A stretch of 64,000 nucleotides of DNA. Origin: a virus. Under the pieces are notes generated by a model, which searched no databases, had not been told where the DNA came from, and saw nothing but the letters and a program-made list of their open reading frames with translations. The position numbers were made by a program, and so were the translations under genes. Positions 53,434-62,241 of the stretch are shown one piece after another. Where the stretch lies: the IMG/VR virus record IMGVR_UViG_3300035696_000005, positions 64,001 through 128,000 of that record, one strand, 5' to 3'. Position 1 is the first letter of the stretch. Each line of letters starts with the position of its first letter.

Positions 53434-54060
53434 TCAATCCCACATCCAAGGATCAAAGTAATCCTTGCGCTTACCGGTGAAGAGCTTCTCATGATTCCCT
53501 ATGTGAACCATTTGATTCTCATAGTGACGGAAGCACTTGTTGCTTGTTCGCTTAGCCCAGGTGCGTGGTCCCCAGTGACGGCGGCGTCCTCTCGCCTTGT
53601 CGCGATCAATGCCCCTCTCCTTACGCCATTCCTTCTTCTGAAGATACCTCTCAGAACGCACCTTCTTTTCGGTGATGTTCAGAGGGGTTTTGCAGCGGAA
53701 GTGAGCGCCGTTACGAGGATACCAGTCTTCGTACTTGTTACTGGTGTAGCGGCGTTTCTGACGATTCCAGAACGGTGGCTGGTATGGGACTGCGGCGCTG
53801 TGGTTGTAACGCTTTTCGACAGGCTCAATCCAAGCCCAGAACTCATCCATGCTTTTGTGCATGACGTAGTGCGATCTGCCAATACGCCAGATGCGATAAG
53901 CAAGGTGCCAGCAGTGGTAGCGGTCACGGCGGTTTTTACGGTGTGGGTGGCTATCGTGCTTGTCTTGGGAATAGAGCTCGCGAGCCCAGCTGAGGAAATG
54001 AATGTGGTCGCATCCGTCCCATTGACGAACGAATGGCGCGACCGGTTCTTTTTGTAGCAT
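53434..54060 (-). CDS. Basic Trp/His/Arg-rich hypothetical protein
   Basis: AAGGAG RBS, 208 aa. Confidence 0.65.
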   Translation of the reverse strand: MLQKEPVAPFVRQWDGCDHIHFLSWARELYSQDKHDSHPHRKNRRDRYHCWHLAYRIWRIGRSHYVMHKSMDEFWAWIEPVEKRYNHSAAVPYQPPFWNRQKRRYTSNKYEDWYPRNGAHFRCKTPLNITEKKVRSERYLQKKEWRKERGIDRDKARGRRRHWGPRTWAKRTSNKCFRHYENQMVHIGNHEKLFTGKRKDYFDPWMWD

Positions 54061-54284
54061 AGATTATAGTCTCCTTCACAATCGACCTATAATCATGACC
54101 ATCTCCTTTCGTTTAGGGTTTAGAGTGCAGCCATCCATGGCTGAGAATTCCATCCTTGGTAGGTTCAGTATTCCATAAGAAGGCAAGAATTGCTAGTCGG
54201 CGAGCCAAAATACGCCGTCTTTTTCGCAAAGCCAAACGACTTTCCTTATGCGGGAACCATCTTCATACCACAGGCTGATTTGTT

Positions 54285-54551
54285 TCATATTGGCTCTATA
54301 TGTGCTGGTTCATAAGTCTCATGGAAGATATCGGGCTTACAGGCGTAGTACTCACCCTTTACTCCGCAGATGATGTAGTCACCGACAGATACCTTCATTG
54401 CCCCTTCCATGGTGTGGATCTTGAGGTCTTCTCCTTCACGGTAGAGATAGGTGCCCGTGCTAGGAGCGTAACTCGCCCACCCCATGGCTGCTTCCCAATC
54501 CCCCGTGTAGTGGTAGGCTTCAACTTCAACCGGCTTTTTTCTGTATAGCAT
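54285..54551 (-). CDS. Conserved phage protein (YRKKPVEVEA family)
   Basis: KIHTMEG...GDYII.GVKGE.Y.CKPDIF..TY. Confidence 0.85.
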   Translation of the reverse strand: MLYRKKPVEVEAYHYTGDWEAAMGWASYAPSTGTYLYREGEDLKIHTMEGAMKVSVGDYIICGVKGEYYACKPDIFHETYEPAHIEPI

Positions 54552-54736
54552 TAATCCTCCTTAGCTTGTGCACGCTCGGCATCAGCGTGGCGTAAATTCT
54601 CAGGGCTTATTCCATATACGTGTCCATCGAAATCAACCCGCACGCGCCCATCTTTCCAAAATCCGATAACCGTTCCCACTCGGTCACGACCACAGGTGAA
54701 TCGACAAATTACCACGTCAAATAGTCCAAACATCAC
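54551..54736 (-). CDS. Small SH3/KOW-like protein
   Basis: GTVIG...GRVRVDFD. Confidence 0.5.
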   Translation of the reverse strand: MMFGLFDVVICRFTCGRDRVGTVIGFWKDGRVRVDFDGHVYGISPENLRHADAERAQAKED

Positions 54737-54767
54737 TCGCCCCCTTTTGCCTGCTGGGCAGTGGTGT

Positions 54768-54959
54768 TTACCATCGGTAATTCATGTCATCGTACAGTTT
54801 TCGTTCTTCATCTTGCTGGCGCTCATACTCGGCACCGAATTTTCGCCATTCAAACCACCATTCTTTTAACTTAGCCCACATCAACAACCTCCGGGGTTTG
54901 GCATACTGGTCCACACTCAATATCATCATCCGGCGCATCTGCGTCCGGCGGCAATTCAT
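54768..54959 (-). CDS. Hypothetical protein
   Basis: ORF; start uncertain. Confidence 0.45.
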   Translation of the reverse strand: MNCRRTQMRRMMILSVDQYAKPRRLLMWAKLKEWWFEWRKFGAEYERQQDEERKLYDDMNYRW

Positions 54960-55128
54960 CGAGAAAGATTCGCACGCCTTTGACCCGCACTAGGCGCACG
55001 CCGAGAAGTCTGCTCTGTCTTGCCCGACGCTCAAAAACTTCGTCCCTAGTCTCTTCAACAACCTTATGTTTTTCTCCGCCTCTAAAAACAAACTTATCCA
55101 TCCTTGCTCCCCTTGGACTGTTGGGCAT
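54871..55128 (-). CDS. Hypothetical protein
   Basis: Probable start MDKF. Confidence 0.45.
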   Translation of the reverse strand: MPNSPRGARMDKFVFRGGEKHKVVEETRDEVFERRARQSRLLGVRLVRVKGVRIFLDELPPDADAPDDDIECGPVCQTPEVVDVG

Positions 55129-55345
55129 CCGTGCCGCTATCCGGTCGAGCGTAAAAGCGTTTCACATCGCACATAGTTCTTACAAAGGGTGAAATGGTGA
55201 AACTATCTAGCTGGTTGATCTCGGCTAGAAAATCATAAGCATCTGCCTGTGTTCCGGTGAACTGCGCAGCTTTTTTGCGCCAGCTTTCGTCAAGTTGACC
55301 GGTGGGTGCAGAAACCAACATAGCTACCATCTTTACAAAATCCAT
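55094..55345 (-). CDS. Hypothetical protein
   Basis: AAGGAG RBS. Confidence 0.55.
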   Translation of the reverse strand: MDFVKMVAMLVSAPTGQLDESWRKKAAQFTGTQADAYDFLAEINQLDSFTISPFVRTMCDVKRFYARPDSGTDAQQSKGSKDG

Positions 55346-55347
55346 AG

Positions 55348-55569
55348 TTACTCCTTCTTGACAGTGCGAACGTAGTTATGTGAGCCATCCCAATGAACCA
55401 CAACGCCGCCGCCACCTGTCCCGCCGTAGTAAACCCAAGCCACCATTTCCATACCCACTCCTTCACTTAATCGTTTGTCACACAAGTAGTCGTGTCTTCT
55501 TTCTTTAGTAGGGCATCGATCTCCTTTTTGGTGCAAAAGTAGTACTGAATCAATAACCCGTCCGGACAC
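55348..55569 (-). CDS. Hypothetical protein
   Basis: ORF. Confidence 0.45.
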   Translation of the reverse strand: MSGRVIDSVLLLHQKGDRCPTKERRHDYLCDKRLSEGVGMEMVAWVYYGGTGGGGVVVHWDGSHNYVRTVKKE

Positions 55570-55606
55570 CCAAATTCGCGAAGTTCTTCGAAGGTGTAGC
55601 TATCCA

Positions 55607-56638
55607 TCAGTTATAATTCTCCCCATGTTCTTTATAGACAGCTCCCGTAAACGCCATCACTTCTTCTCCATAGTGGTGGCAGATCAGTTTATTGCACCAT
55701 TCCAGATCCGGCGTTTCGTGGAGAGTTGACTTAAGCCTAGCCTCTTCGAGTTCCACCAATCCTTGCTCGATCTTTTCAAAGATCTCCTTGGAGTGGATCT
55801 CTTTGTTTCTGATCTTAAGCAAATATTCTGCATCAGGTCTTGGGAAAGTGATCCTTCCAGTCAATAGAAGCTCCTTAGCTTGAGAAGCAACACGGATTGC
55901 GTGCATGCAGGCTTTAAAATCAATACCCTCATTCTTTTCCGCCTGGAGAGCGCGTTCTCCGTATTCGTCCACCCACTTAGCCGCCATCGTAAGTGCAAGA
56001 GGGAGTTTCGTGCTGAAAGGAATCATCTTTCCGCAGACATCGAGGTGTTTGATCATTTGGGTAGAAGGCATTAGATCCATCTTTCGGGTCTTTTGTTCCA
56101 CTTCAACGATCTTAATGAAAGTGTTTTCGAGTGCCCTTGTAGCCCAAAGTGATTCCATGTCCCCAACAGTATGTGGCGTTCCGCTGGCTGCAAGAAGGTC
56201 ATCTCGAACAATACGAAACGCCGCTACCCGCGATCCTTTGATCCCGTATTTGTCCGCCTGCCCTTTGCAGTACTCAGCAAACTTAGCCGTTCCTTTGTGG
56301 ATGAACTTTTGTTTGTTGAACCGAATTTCTACCCACCAGCCCGGGACATGTTGGCTGGTGTAGAATTTTGCTGGTGTGAACAGCATATCAAGCGCCATCG
56401 TATCCCCAGCCAAAAGAAGACCCATATACTTCTTAAGTGAGTAGAAGTCGCGGTCTGTATCGTTTTTCGTGTTCTTGGCGTGCTCATCTTCCTTCGTATG
56501 GGTCCGGTAAGCATCGACTACCCTCTGAAGAAGGATGTCTTCAGCTTTGGGGATGAAAACAGTTTTGTAATCAGTGTCGCTTTCCGTGGTATTGGTTCCG
56601 TAAACGTGGCTCCCAAACTGCATTGTGATTTCGTCCAT
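55607..56638 (-). CDS. Pol-beta superfamily nucleotidyltransferase (T4 NrdC.11/RlaP-like)
   Basis: FGSHVYGTNT.ESDTDYK, Y..KACMHAIR, FPRP....L..I. Confidence 0.85.
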   Translation of the reverse strand: MDEITMQFGSHVYGTNTTESDTDYKTVFIPKAEDILLQRVVDAYRTHTKEDEHAKNTKNDTDRDFYSLKKYMGLLLAGDTMALDMLFTPAKFYTSQHVPGWWVEIRFNKQKFIHKGTAKFAEYCKGQADKYGIKGSRVAAFRIVRDDLLAASGTPHTVGDMESLWATRALENTFIKIVEVEQKTRKMDLMPSTQMIKHLDVCGKMIPFSTKLPLALTMAAKWVDEYGERALQAEKNEGIDFKACMHAIRVASQAKELLLTGRITFPRPDAEYLLKIRNKEIHSKEIFEKIEQGLVELEEARLKSTLHETPDLEWCNKLICHHYGEEVMAFTGAVYKEHGENYN

Positions 56639-56895
56639 TAATCCTCCCAGTCTTCTGCGTCTGCGTCGTAAACGTTGCCGTTACCATCATCAAGGTAGGT
56701 GAGAGCACCATGTTCATAGTGGACCTCTCCGGTGCCAATTTGTGGTTGAACGCCGTGGAGATCGCCACGCAAATTCCTATTTCCGAATTCCCTTTTCACT
56801 GGAACGCCCTCGTCATAGCCACAGCAAATCAATCTTCCATCTACCGGTTTGACTTCTTTTCCACAAGTTTTACACCCAAAGCGTGGGTTTGACAT
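56638..56895 (-). CDS. Zn-ribbon protein
   Basis: CKTC...CC; AAGGAGAATCACT RBS. Confidence 0.6.
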   Translation of the reverse strand: MSNPRFGCKTCGKEVKPVDGRLICCGYDEGVPVKREFGNRNLRGDLHGVQPQIGTGEVHYEHGALTYLDDGNGNVYDADAEDWED

Positions 56896-57157
56896 AGTGA
56901 TTCTCCTTGAAGAAACGGCGGCTCGGAGTAGGTGTTCTTCAGTCCCCGCCGAACCGCCGCCTTTTGCTCGTGCTTTAGAAGTTTAAAGAAGCTTGTTCTT
57001 TATCCTACCGAGCAAACTTAGTAATAGAATACGTGAAAGAGCCTTTTTCCCTTCCTCCGAATGTCGACGACCTTTAGGAGCTTGAAGCCCTCGTTGCGGA
57101 CTCGCTCCAAAACTTCGTCGTACATATCCTCGTAAGCCACGATCATTTTGACTTGAT

Positions 57158-57448
57158 TCATGATTTTATTCCTTTCAATTGTTGGTTTTCCTTCAGCAGT
57201 ACTTGAATCTTTTTATCTAAATTGATCACGGTTGCAATCAGGATATTTTCAAAATCATCGGGATCAAGTAGCCCAGTATACTGGTCATCTTCCACAAGCA
57301 TGTCAAAGAATTCTTCCCTGCTGAGCGGTGCTATCTCCCCGAGAAGCACTCCTTCACTCATGAAGTCCATATCTGCAAGTGCTTGCTCTTGGCAGTCGCA
57401 AGCCTCTCCTGGTTCCAACCCGTATGCTCCACAGTTTTCACAGTTCAT
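57158..57448 (-). CDS. Hypothetical protein
   Basis: CENC...CDC N-terminus. Confidence 0.55.
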   Translation of the reverse strand: MNCENCGAYGLEPGEACDCQEQALADMDFMSEGVLLGEIAPLSREEFFDMLVEDDQYTGLLDPDDFENILIATVINLDKKIQVLLKENQQLKGIKS

Positions 57449-57451
57449 AGA

Positions 57452-57625
57452 TTATTCCTCGCAGCACAAATCATTGTCAGTGCCATGATAGTAGTGGTCC
57501 CCGTATCCGCAGCTTATGACTGAGGGGACATAGCGGCAGTAGGGTTTAGCTTTAATCTCACCACCTCCGATCGATAAAGCGCATCCGGTAAGAGAAGTTA
57601 TGCTTAATATCAGTAACAGCTTCAT
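57452..57625 (-). CDS. 57-aa Cys-rich lipoprotein
   Basis: AAGGAGG RBS, MKLLLILSITSLTGC lipobox; below ORF cutoff. Confidence 0.6.
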   Translation of the reverse strand: MKLLLILSITSLTGCALSIGGGEIKAKPYCRYVPSVISCGYGDHYYHGTDNDLCCEE

Positions 57626-57669
57626 TGTGCCTCCTTGCTAAATTAGGTACATTGCCTCAAAATTTTAAG

Positions 57670-57972
57670 ATGAGGGTGTTCTTTTTATTGATGCTCCTAG
57701 CCATTTCCGCCCAGGCTTTCGATCGAGACAGCTTCTGTAAGGGCGTTTGTCACGATCGGTATCACGACGGAATGGCTACCTCTGACCAAAGTAATCTTGC
57801 TGAAAACGAGGTGCGTTGTTTCTGCGGTGATTACCGCGTTATTACTTTGGGAAGACAGCTTCCGGTTCCTCATAGGAAAAACCAAAATCCCTCTGAACCT
57901 ACTGTTTATTACGGGGTCGACGAAATGCACTATGCTCCCGCCGACCCTCCTTCTGTCAATGTTACTTTTTAG
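57670..57972 (+). CDS. Secreted Cys-rich protein, lone plus-strand, leaderless
   Basis: TTGCTA-N17-CAAAAT-N6-ATG; signal peptide MRVFFLLMLLAISAQA. Confidence 0.65.
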   Translation: MRVFFLLMLLAISAQAFDRDSFCKGVCHDRYHDGMATSDQSNLAENEVRCFCGDYRVITLGRQLPVPHRKNQNPSEPTVYYGVDEMHYAPADPPSVNVTF

Positions 57973-58751
57973 ACATCCTCGGTTCTCCACCCTTCTGGAT
58001 CATAATACTGCTTTGCTGCCTTAACCGTATGGTAGCTTTCCGCGCTATCATCCGCCTCAATAACCACAGCACGTAAGTGTCCTCCATAAACACAACCTGC
58101 ATCCAAAGCCCTCGCATAGGGGAAGTAGTATTGCTCACCTACGTTGTGCACATTATGTCCGAAGTAGATCGTTTCAGGACCGTGCCAGGAGTTGTACCAT
58201 GGTGGACAATCATCCGAGTTATATGAGCCTTTTTTGTCGGGGCTATAAGTTCGGATCAGCCTGCAGGCAAAAGGATCTTGTTTGTAGACCGGAAATCGTG
58301 AGTCGATGCCCGCGTGCGCGACATACTTTGTATCCCGAAACCGAATGATCTGTGGCAGCTGATCGAGCCACTCAAAAAGCTCTTGTTTGTGTCTCGGCTG
58401 TTCGAGCTCCCACTTGAATTGGGTGAGTGTTGAGAGGAGCGACCCAACTTTAACGTTATTTCCTTTGAGAAAACGCTTGAGCTTATTTTCATGGTTTCCC
58501 TCGCAGCAGTAGATGTTCTCGATAAACCTGGCAAAGTTAACGAGCCTGGCAATACCAGGACCACGGTCAATGAGATCTCCCGTGAAGATCAGAATGTCGT
58601 TTGTCATCTTCCAATCCACGAGTTTTAGGAGTTGGTGGACTTCAGCGTCGCAACCGTGGGGATCTCCGATAATGATGACGCGCTTATCTTTACAGACCTC
58701 GCGGAGGTCTAGGATCTTTGCGTATTCCTTTGGTTTCATAAGACTCCCCAA
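57969..58751 (-). CDS. PPP-family metallophosphoesterase (Ser/Thr phosphatase/ApaH-like)
   Basis: GDPHG, GDLIDRG, GNHE, HAG, FGH, LDAGCVYGG.L. Confidence 0.9.
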   Translation of the reverse strand: MGSLMKPKEYAKILDLREVCKDKRVIIIGDPHGCDAEVHQLLKLVDWKMTNDILIFTGDLIDRGPGIARLVNFARFIENIYCCEGNHENKLKRFLKGNNVKVGSLLSTLTQFKWELEQPRHKQELFEWLDQLPQIIRFRDTKYVAHAGIDSRFPVYKQDPFACRLIRTYSPDKKGSYNSDDCPPWYNSWHGPETIYFGHNVHNVGEQYYFPYARALDAGCVYGGHLRAVVIEADDSAESYHTVKAAKQYYDPEGWRTEDV

Positions 58752-59094
58752 TGAGTTTTTTTAGCTCATAAAGCTCGTTGGTAAACTGGCAAACGTCTGC
58801 TCCAACATCGCCTTCGTGTTCCATATACCAAATGATCTCCGGAATGACCCAAAGAGCCTCTTTGAGCTTATCTAGTTTTTCCCGGGCTTCGTGCCAAAGA
58901 TCGTGCTTAGCTTGCGCTTCTCTTGCAAAGCTTTCTTTGTCGCCCAGCGTAAGCCACATTGCTTCAGCCCGATGCTTGGCCATTTCAAGTTCTTCTTTGC
59001 TGAAGGTATTGGCTGCTTCGCGTAGCTCATCTGCTTCTCTTGGCGTAAGGACATTCACATACTTTGTACCACACTCGTCACATTCGAAAACCAT
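58690..59094 (-). CDS. Hypothetical protein
   Basis: FECDECG N-terminus; GAGG RBS. Confidence 0.55.
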   Translation of the reverse strand: MVFECDECGTKYVNVLTPREADELREAANTFSKEELEMAKHRAEAMWLTLGDKESFAREAQAKHDLWHEAREKLDKLKEALWVIPEIIWYMEHEGDVGADVCQFTNELYELKKLIGESYETKGIRKDPRPPRGL

Positions 59095-59113
59095 AGCATC
59101 CTCAAAATAAAAA

Positions 59114-59139
59114 AGGCGGGGCGCATAAGCACCCCGCCT
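59114..59139 (-). terminator. Intrinsic terminator
   Basis: GC-rich stem plus TTTTTTATTTT. Confidence 0.75.
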
Positions 59140-59145
59140 GATTGG

Positions 59146-59964
59146 TTAATTCACCGCCGTGTAACTTGAGATCATGATATTCAGTCGATCAAGCCTATTG
59201 AGCCTGCTTGTCTCCTGAATCCTCCGACTGGAGTTGCCGATCACATAGGTGAAGGCGTTGTAAATGTCCCAAACCGTGGTAGCAGATTGGAAGCGTACCT
59301 TCTCCTTCTCGATATCCCTTGGGCTTGCAATACCATATTCTTTGGCTGCCATCTCTGTAAGCCTTTCGATCTCATGGGGTCTAAGGGTAAGATCCGCCCA
59401 TTGTTCCCAGATGCGACCCGTACGCTGGAACGCAGCAATGACCGCCTCAGGTGTAGGAAGGTTGATCTCAGGCTCTCCGTGCCCAACGTGTTTGATGTTG
59501 AGCCCGAAGATACTATCCATCGCCGTCGCACCATTCATGCAGCGAAGAACAAGACATCCCACTCGCAGGGTCAACGGAGTGGTTGTGTTGTAGGAATTGG
59601 TTCCCCAGGTACGAAGAGCAACGACGTCGCCCAGGCCCCGACCAACGCCCGGAATGTTATGGCCTGGCATATTGAACGTGATGCTTCGGAATGTATGCTG
59701 GACGATGACTCTGGCACCGTCTTTTTCCTGGAAGAACTGGGTGTCAGGATTTACTCCGCCCAGAGCGCGAGCAAACGGCTCGAAAGCATCGATCATGCGC
59801 TCGTGTTTAATCAGCTTGTAGCGATCACTCACGATAGCCAGATGTTTTCTTGTGTCAGTTCTAGTGACACTTTTGACTCGTGGAATTTCCCGGTCAAACT
59901 CGTCGAACACAGGACGAAGGGCGACCGGGAAGTTATAAACGGAAGGGTTTGTAGTAGGAAGCAT
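59146..59964 (-). CDS. DUF932-family protein
   Basis: LAIVSDRYKLIKHE, NSYN, RC.NG, HVG, TVWD.YNAFT. Confidence 0.8.
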   Translation of the reverse strand: MLPTTNPSVYNFPVALRPVFDEFDREIPRVKSVTRTDTRKHLAIVSDRYKLIKHERMIDAFEPFARALGGVNPDTQFFQEKDGARVIVQHTFRSITFNMPGHNIPGVGRGLGDVVALRTWGTNSYNTTTPLTLRVGCLVLRCMNGATAMDSIFGLNIKHVGHGEPEINLPTPEAVIAAFQRTGRIWEQWADLTLRPHEIERLTEMAAKEYGIASPRDIEKEKVRFQSATTVWDIYNAFTYVIGNSSRRIQETSRLNRLDRLNIMISSYTAVN

Positions 59965-60008
59965 AGTGATTCTCCTTGATACAATACTTATAACAGAGAA
60001 ATAAGGCG

Positions 60009-60191
60009 CTATTCCTGGATTTTGGCTTCTTTCTTCGCTACAGCCGCAAGAAGTTGATTGAGCTGATTGATCTCGTTAAGCACAGCATGATAGCCAGGAT
60101 TGTGTTCTTGGCTTATGCCACGGTATTCAAAATCTTGTAGCTCATTGTGAAGTCTAATCAATTCCCGGTCGATTGCTTCAATGATGGTCAT
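60009..60191 (-). CDS. Hypothetical protein
   Basis: AAGGAG RBS. Confidence 0.5.
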   Translation of the reverse strand: MTIIEAIDRELIRLHNELQDFEYRGISQEHNPGYHAVLNEINQLNQLLAAVAKKEAKIQE

Positions 60192-60487
60192 TGTTTCTCC
60201 TTATCTAGTTCGCTGAGCGCTTCCCTCAAATCAGACAGAGCCTCTGAGTACGAGGTGAACGGTGCCTGCTTGATCACCCCTGACTCCATCGCTTTTCGAG
60301 CCAGATTAACAACTCTTTGGAGGGAATCACGCTCTTTTACGAGCTGACATAAACCATGCTTCTCCCAAATGGCGTGCTCCATTTCCATCTCTTCCACGCG
60401 AGCCTGGAGTCGCCTAAAGCAGTTCTTCGACGGGTAGTGAAGTGGAAGTCCCCCGCATCTGCAATCTAAAGTATCTTCGTTACTCAT
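60188..60487 (-). CDS. Coiled-coil protein, paralogue of 60768-61103
   Basis: Shared LQARVEE and LQRVV..AR. Confidence 0.55.
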   Translation of the reverse strand: MSNEDTLDCRCGGLPLHYPSKNCFRRLQARVEEMEMEHAIWEKHGLCQLVKERDSLQRVVNLARKAMESGVIKQAPFTSYSEALSDLREALSELDKEKQ

Positions 60488-60849
60488 TTACTAGACTCCT
60501 TTAGTGCACGAATTTCTTTCTCAATGGCTTTTTGGGCATTTTCCCAGCCTTCCATGGAGTGATCTCCGAAATAAGGGTCTTTTTCATCTTCTGGCCAGAC
60601 TCCAGCGCACAGACTGGCTGCTTCCTCTAGTGCCTCGTTGCGAATTTCGCGGAGTACCCCAAGCAGATATGGACTGAAGTCAGCCGGGAGACACAAAACT
60701 CCGTCCTTGTCTGCGTAGACATTGCATAGAAACATCATCGTCACTTTGTCTGCACGTTCTTTCAGTTTCACTTGCTCTCCTTGTTCAGCTCTTGAAGAGC
60801 TTCTGTGAATTCTGGAAATTTCTTGTGGTACTGAAATCCCTTCATCCAT
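60484..60849 (-). CDS. Hypothetical protein (RNEALEEAA motif)
   Basis: Probable start near VKLKER. Confidence 0.5.
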   Translation of the reverse strand: MDEGISVPQEISRIHRSSSRAEQGEQVKLKERADKVTMMFLCNVYADKDGVLCLPADFSPYLLGVLREIRNEALEEAASLCAGVWPEDEKDPYFGDHSMEGWENAQKAIEKEIRALKESSK

Positions 60850-61103
60850 TCAAACACGCCTCGTGCAGCATCCACCACACGCTGAAGCTTGGCGTTTTTC
60901 TTGGCAAGCTTTCGATTTGTTTCCTTTAGTTCAACTGGGAAATCTCGATTAGCCAGTGTCTTCCAATTCTGTCTATCTCGGGCAAGTTCTTCACATTCCT
61001 TTTCGAGTTCCTCCACGCGGGCTTGAAGTGAACGAATCATTTCAGATCGTTCATCTCCTGAAGTCTCTGGAAACGCCCCACCCCACGGACTGTCCCAACC
61101 CAT
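60768..61103 (-). CDS. Coiled-coil protein
   Basis: Probable start MIRSLQARVEE. Confidence 0.5.
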   Translation of the reverse strand: MGWDSPWGGAFPETSGDERSEMIRSLQARVEELEKECEELARDRQNWKTLANRDFPVELKETNRKLAKKNAKLQRVVDAARGVFEWMKGFQYHKKFPEFTEALQELNKESK

Positions 61104-61106
61104 AAG

Positions 61107-61460
61107 CTATTCCTCCATATTAAAGTTCTGTCCGCAATCCTCGCATAAGAATTGTTTCTTAAGTTTCCTCCCTTTGGAGAAATAATCGATCCGTTTCTGG
61201 ATGTGTTCTTGCGGGTCTGCCTGGTCCAGGATGTTCTGACTTTTACATTCAGGACAACGCTCCTCTGGACCATTCAGTACTAGCGTCCTATCTTTTGAGG
61301 CTCGCGAGTTGGAATTGATTAGGTCCGCAATGTAACCAGCATCTTGTTCTCCTCCGCCGTCGTTGTACCAGGCAAGCCAGCAGTCTAGGTCGGAGTCTGA
61401 TTCAAATACAAGAAGCAGACTTCGTTCGTTAATGGGTTGTAGGTTCTTCTTTTTTGACAT
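61107..61460 (-). CDS. Zn-ribbon hypothetical protein
   Basis: W...DGGGEQ, CPEC...CEDC. Confidence 0.6.
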   Translation of the reverse strand: MSKKKNLQPINERSLLLVFESDSDLDCWLAWYNDGGGEQDAGYIADLINSNSRASKDRTLVLNGPEERCPECKSQNILDQADPQEHIQKRIDYFSKGRKLKKQFLCEDCGQNFNMEE

Positions 61461-61719
61461 CGGTCACCTCTGGTCCAAAGGGCATAACTTCTCCGAACTT
61501 CTTAAGCCACTTCATATCAGTGGGGCATTCAAGAACAAGTCTCAGATCGTTACATTCAGGATTATAGGCAAGTCCAATGATTGGGAAGTCGAGAAGGACA
61601 TCATAGGCTTCGCTATTTTCATCCTTCAGATCGACTGCGATAAGGCGGGAAAGCTCGACGTGTGCGTTATCCGGGTAGTCAGAGCTTGAGAGGGCTTCGA
61701 TAAATTCTTTTTTAGTCAT
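61429..61719 (-). CDS. Hypothetical protein
   Basis: AAAGGAG RBS. Confidence 0.6.
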   Translation of the reverse strand: MTKKEFIEALSSSDYPDNAHVELSRLIAVDLKDENSEAYDVLLDFPIIGLAYNPECNDLRLVLECPTDMKWLKKFGEVMPFGPEVTDVKKEEPTTH

Positions 61720-61734
61720 AGTGTTTCTCCTTTA

Positions 61735-61805
61735 TGGTACCCCCGTACAGATTCGAACTGTACAGCACGAGCTTAGAAGGCTCAGTTGGTATCCAAACCG
61801 GGGGC
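61735..61805 (-). tRNA. tRNA-Arg(UCU) with truncated D-arm, encoded CCA
   Basis: GCCCCCG/CGGGGGT acceptor, TTGG-ATA-CCAA D-arm, TGAGC-CTTCTAA-GCTCG, TACAG-TTCGAAT-CTGTA; 71 nt. Confidence 0.8.
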
Positions 61806-62102
61806 ACTGATAGTTCCTTTATAGCTATCGATTTCAACACCGTTACCTTTGCGGTAGGCGTACATTTTCACGTCCCGCACTGGGAAGATTACGATCTTCT
61901 TTCGTTCAAGTACATCGTGTACAACTTCTTGGATCATAACCGTGAAGTTTGGGTCTTCTACTGATTTAATGCCGTAGTCTTGGTATTCAACCACAAGACC
62001 GGATAGGCGCTTATGTCGCCTATTGAAGATGTAGTTGAAGAGGTCTTTGAGCTCATCGAAGAGTCTTTTTATCATCTGACTTTCCTTTCTCCCACGGCAC
62101 AC
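61782..62102 (-). CDS. Hypothetical protein
   Basis: Probable start MIKRLF; 3' end overlaps tRNA 5' end. Confidence 0.5.
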   Translation of the reverse strand: MCRGRKESQMIKRLFDELKDLFNYIFNRRHKRLSGLVVEYQDYGIKSVEDPNFTVMIQEVVHDVLERKKIVIFPVRDVKMYAYRKGNGVEIDSYKGTISAPGLDTN

Positions 62103-62241
62103 CCCTGATCAATATGATAATGCACTGACCAACAGCATAGCAGAACACGAATGCAGGAATACTTGCCTCCGGCACGATAAATTTCATGAGAGCGCCCCAG
62201 AGCGACATCCAGGCAATGTGAAAGACGAAGTAGGTTAACAT
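62053..62241 (-). CDS. Small membrane protein
   Basis: Two TM helices. Confidence 0.5.
   Translation of the reverse strand: MLTYFVFHIAWMSLWGALMKFIVPEASIPAFVFCYAVGQCIIILIRGVPWEKGKSDDKKTLR

Noticed and set aside
56909-57010. Two hairpins upstream of 56895 as a riboswitch
   Set aside because: No recognisable aptamer motif; may be an ordinary terminator or processing stems
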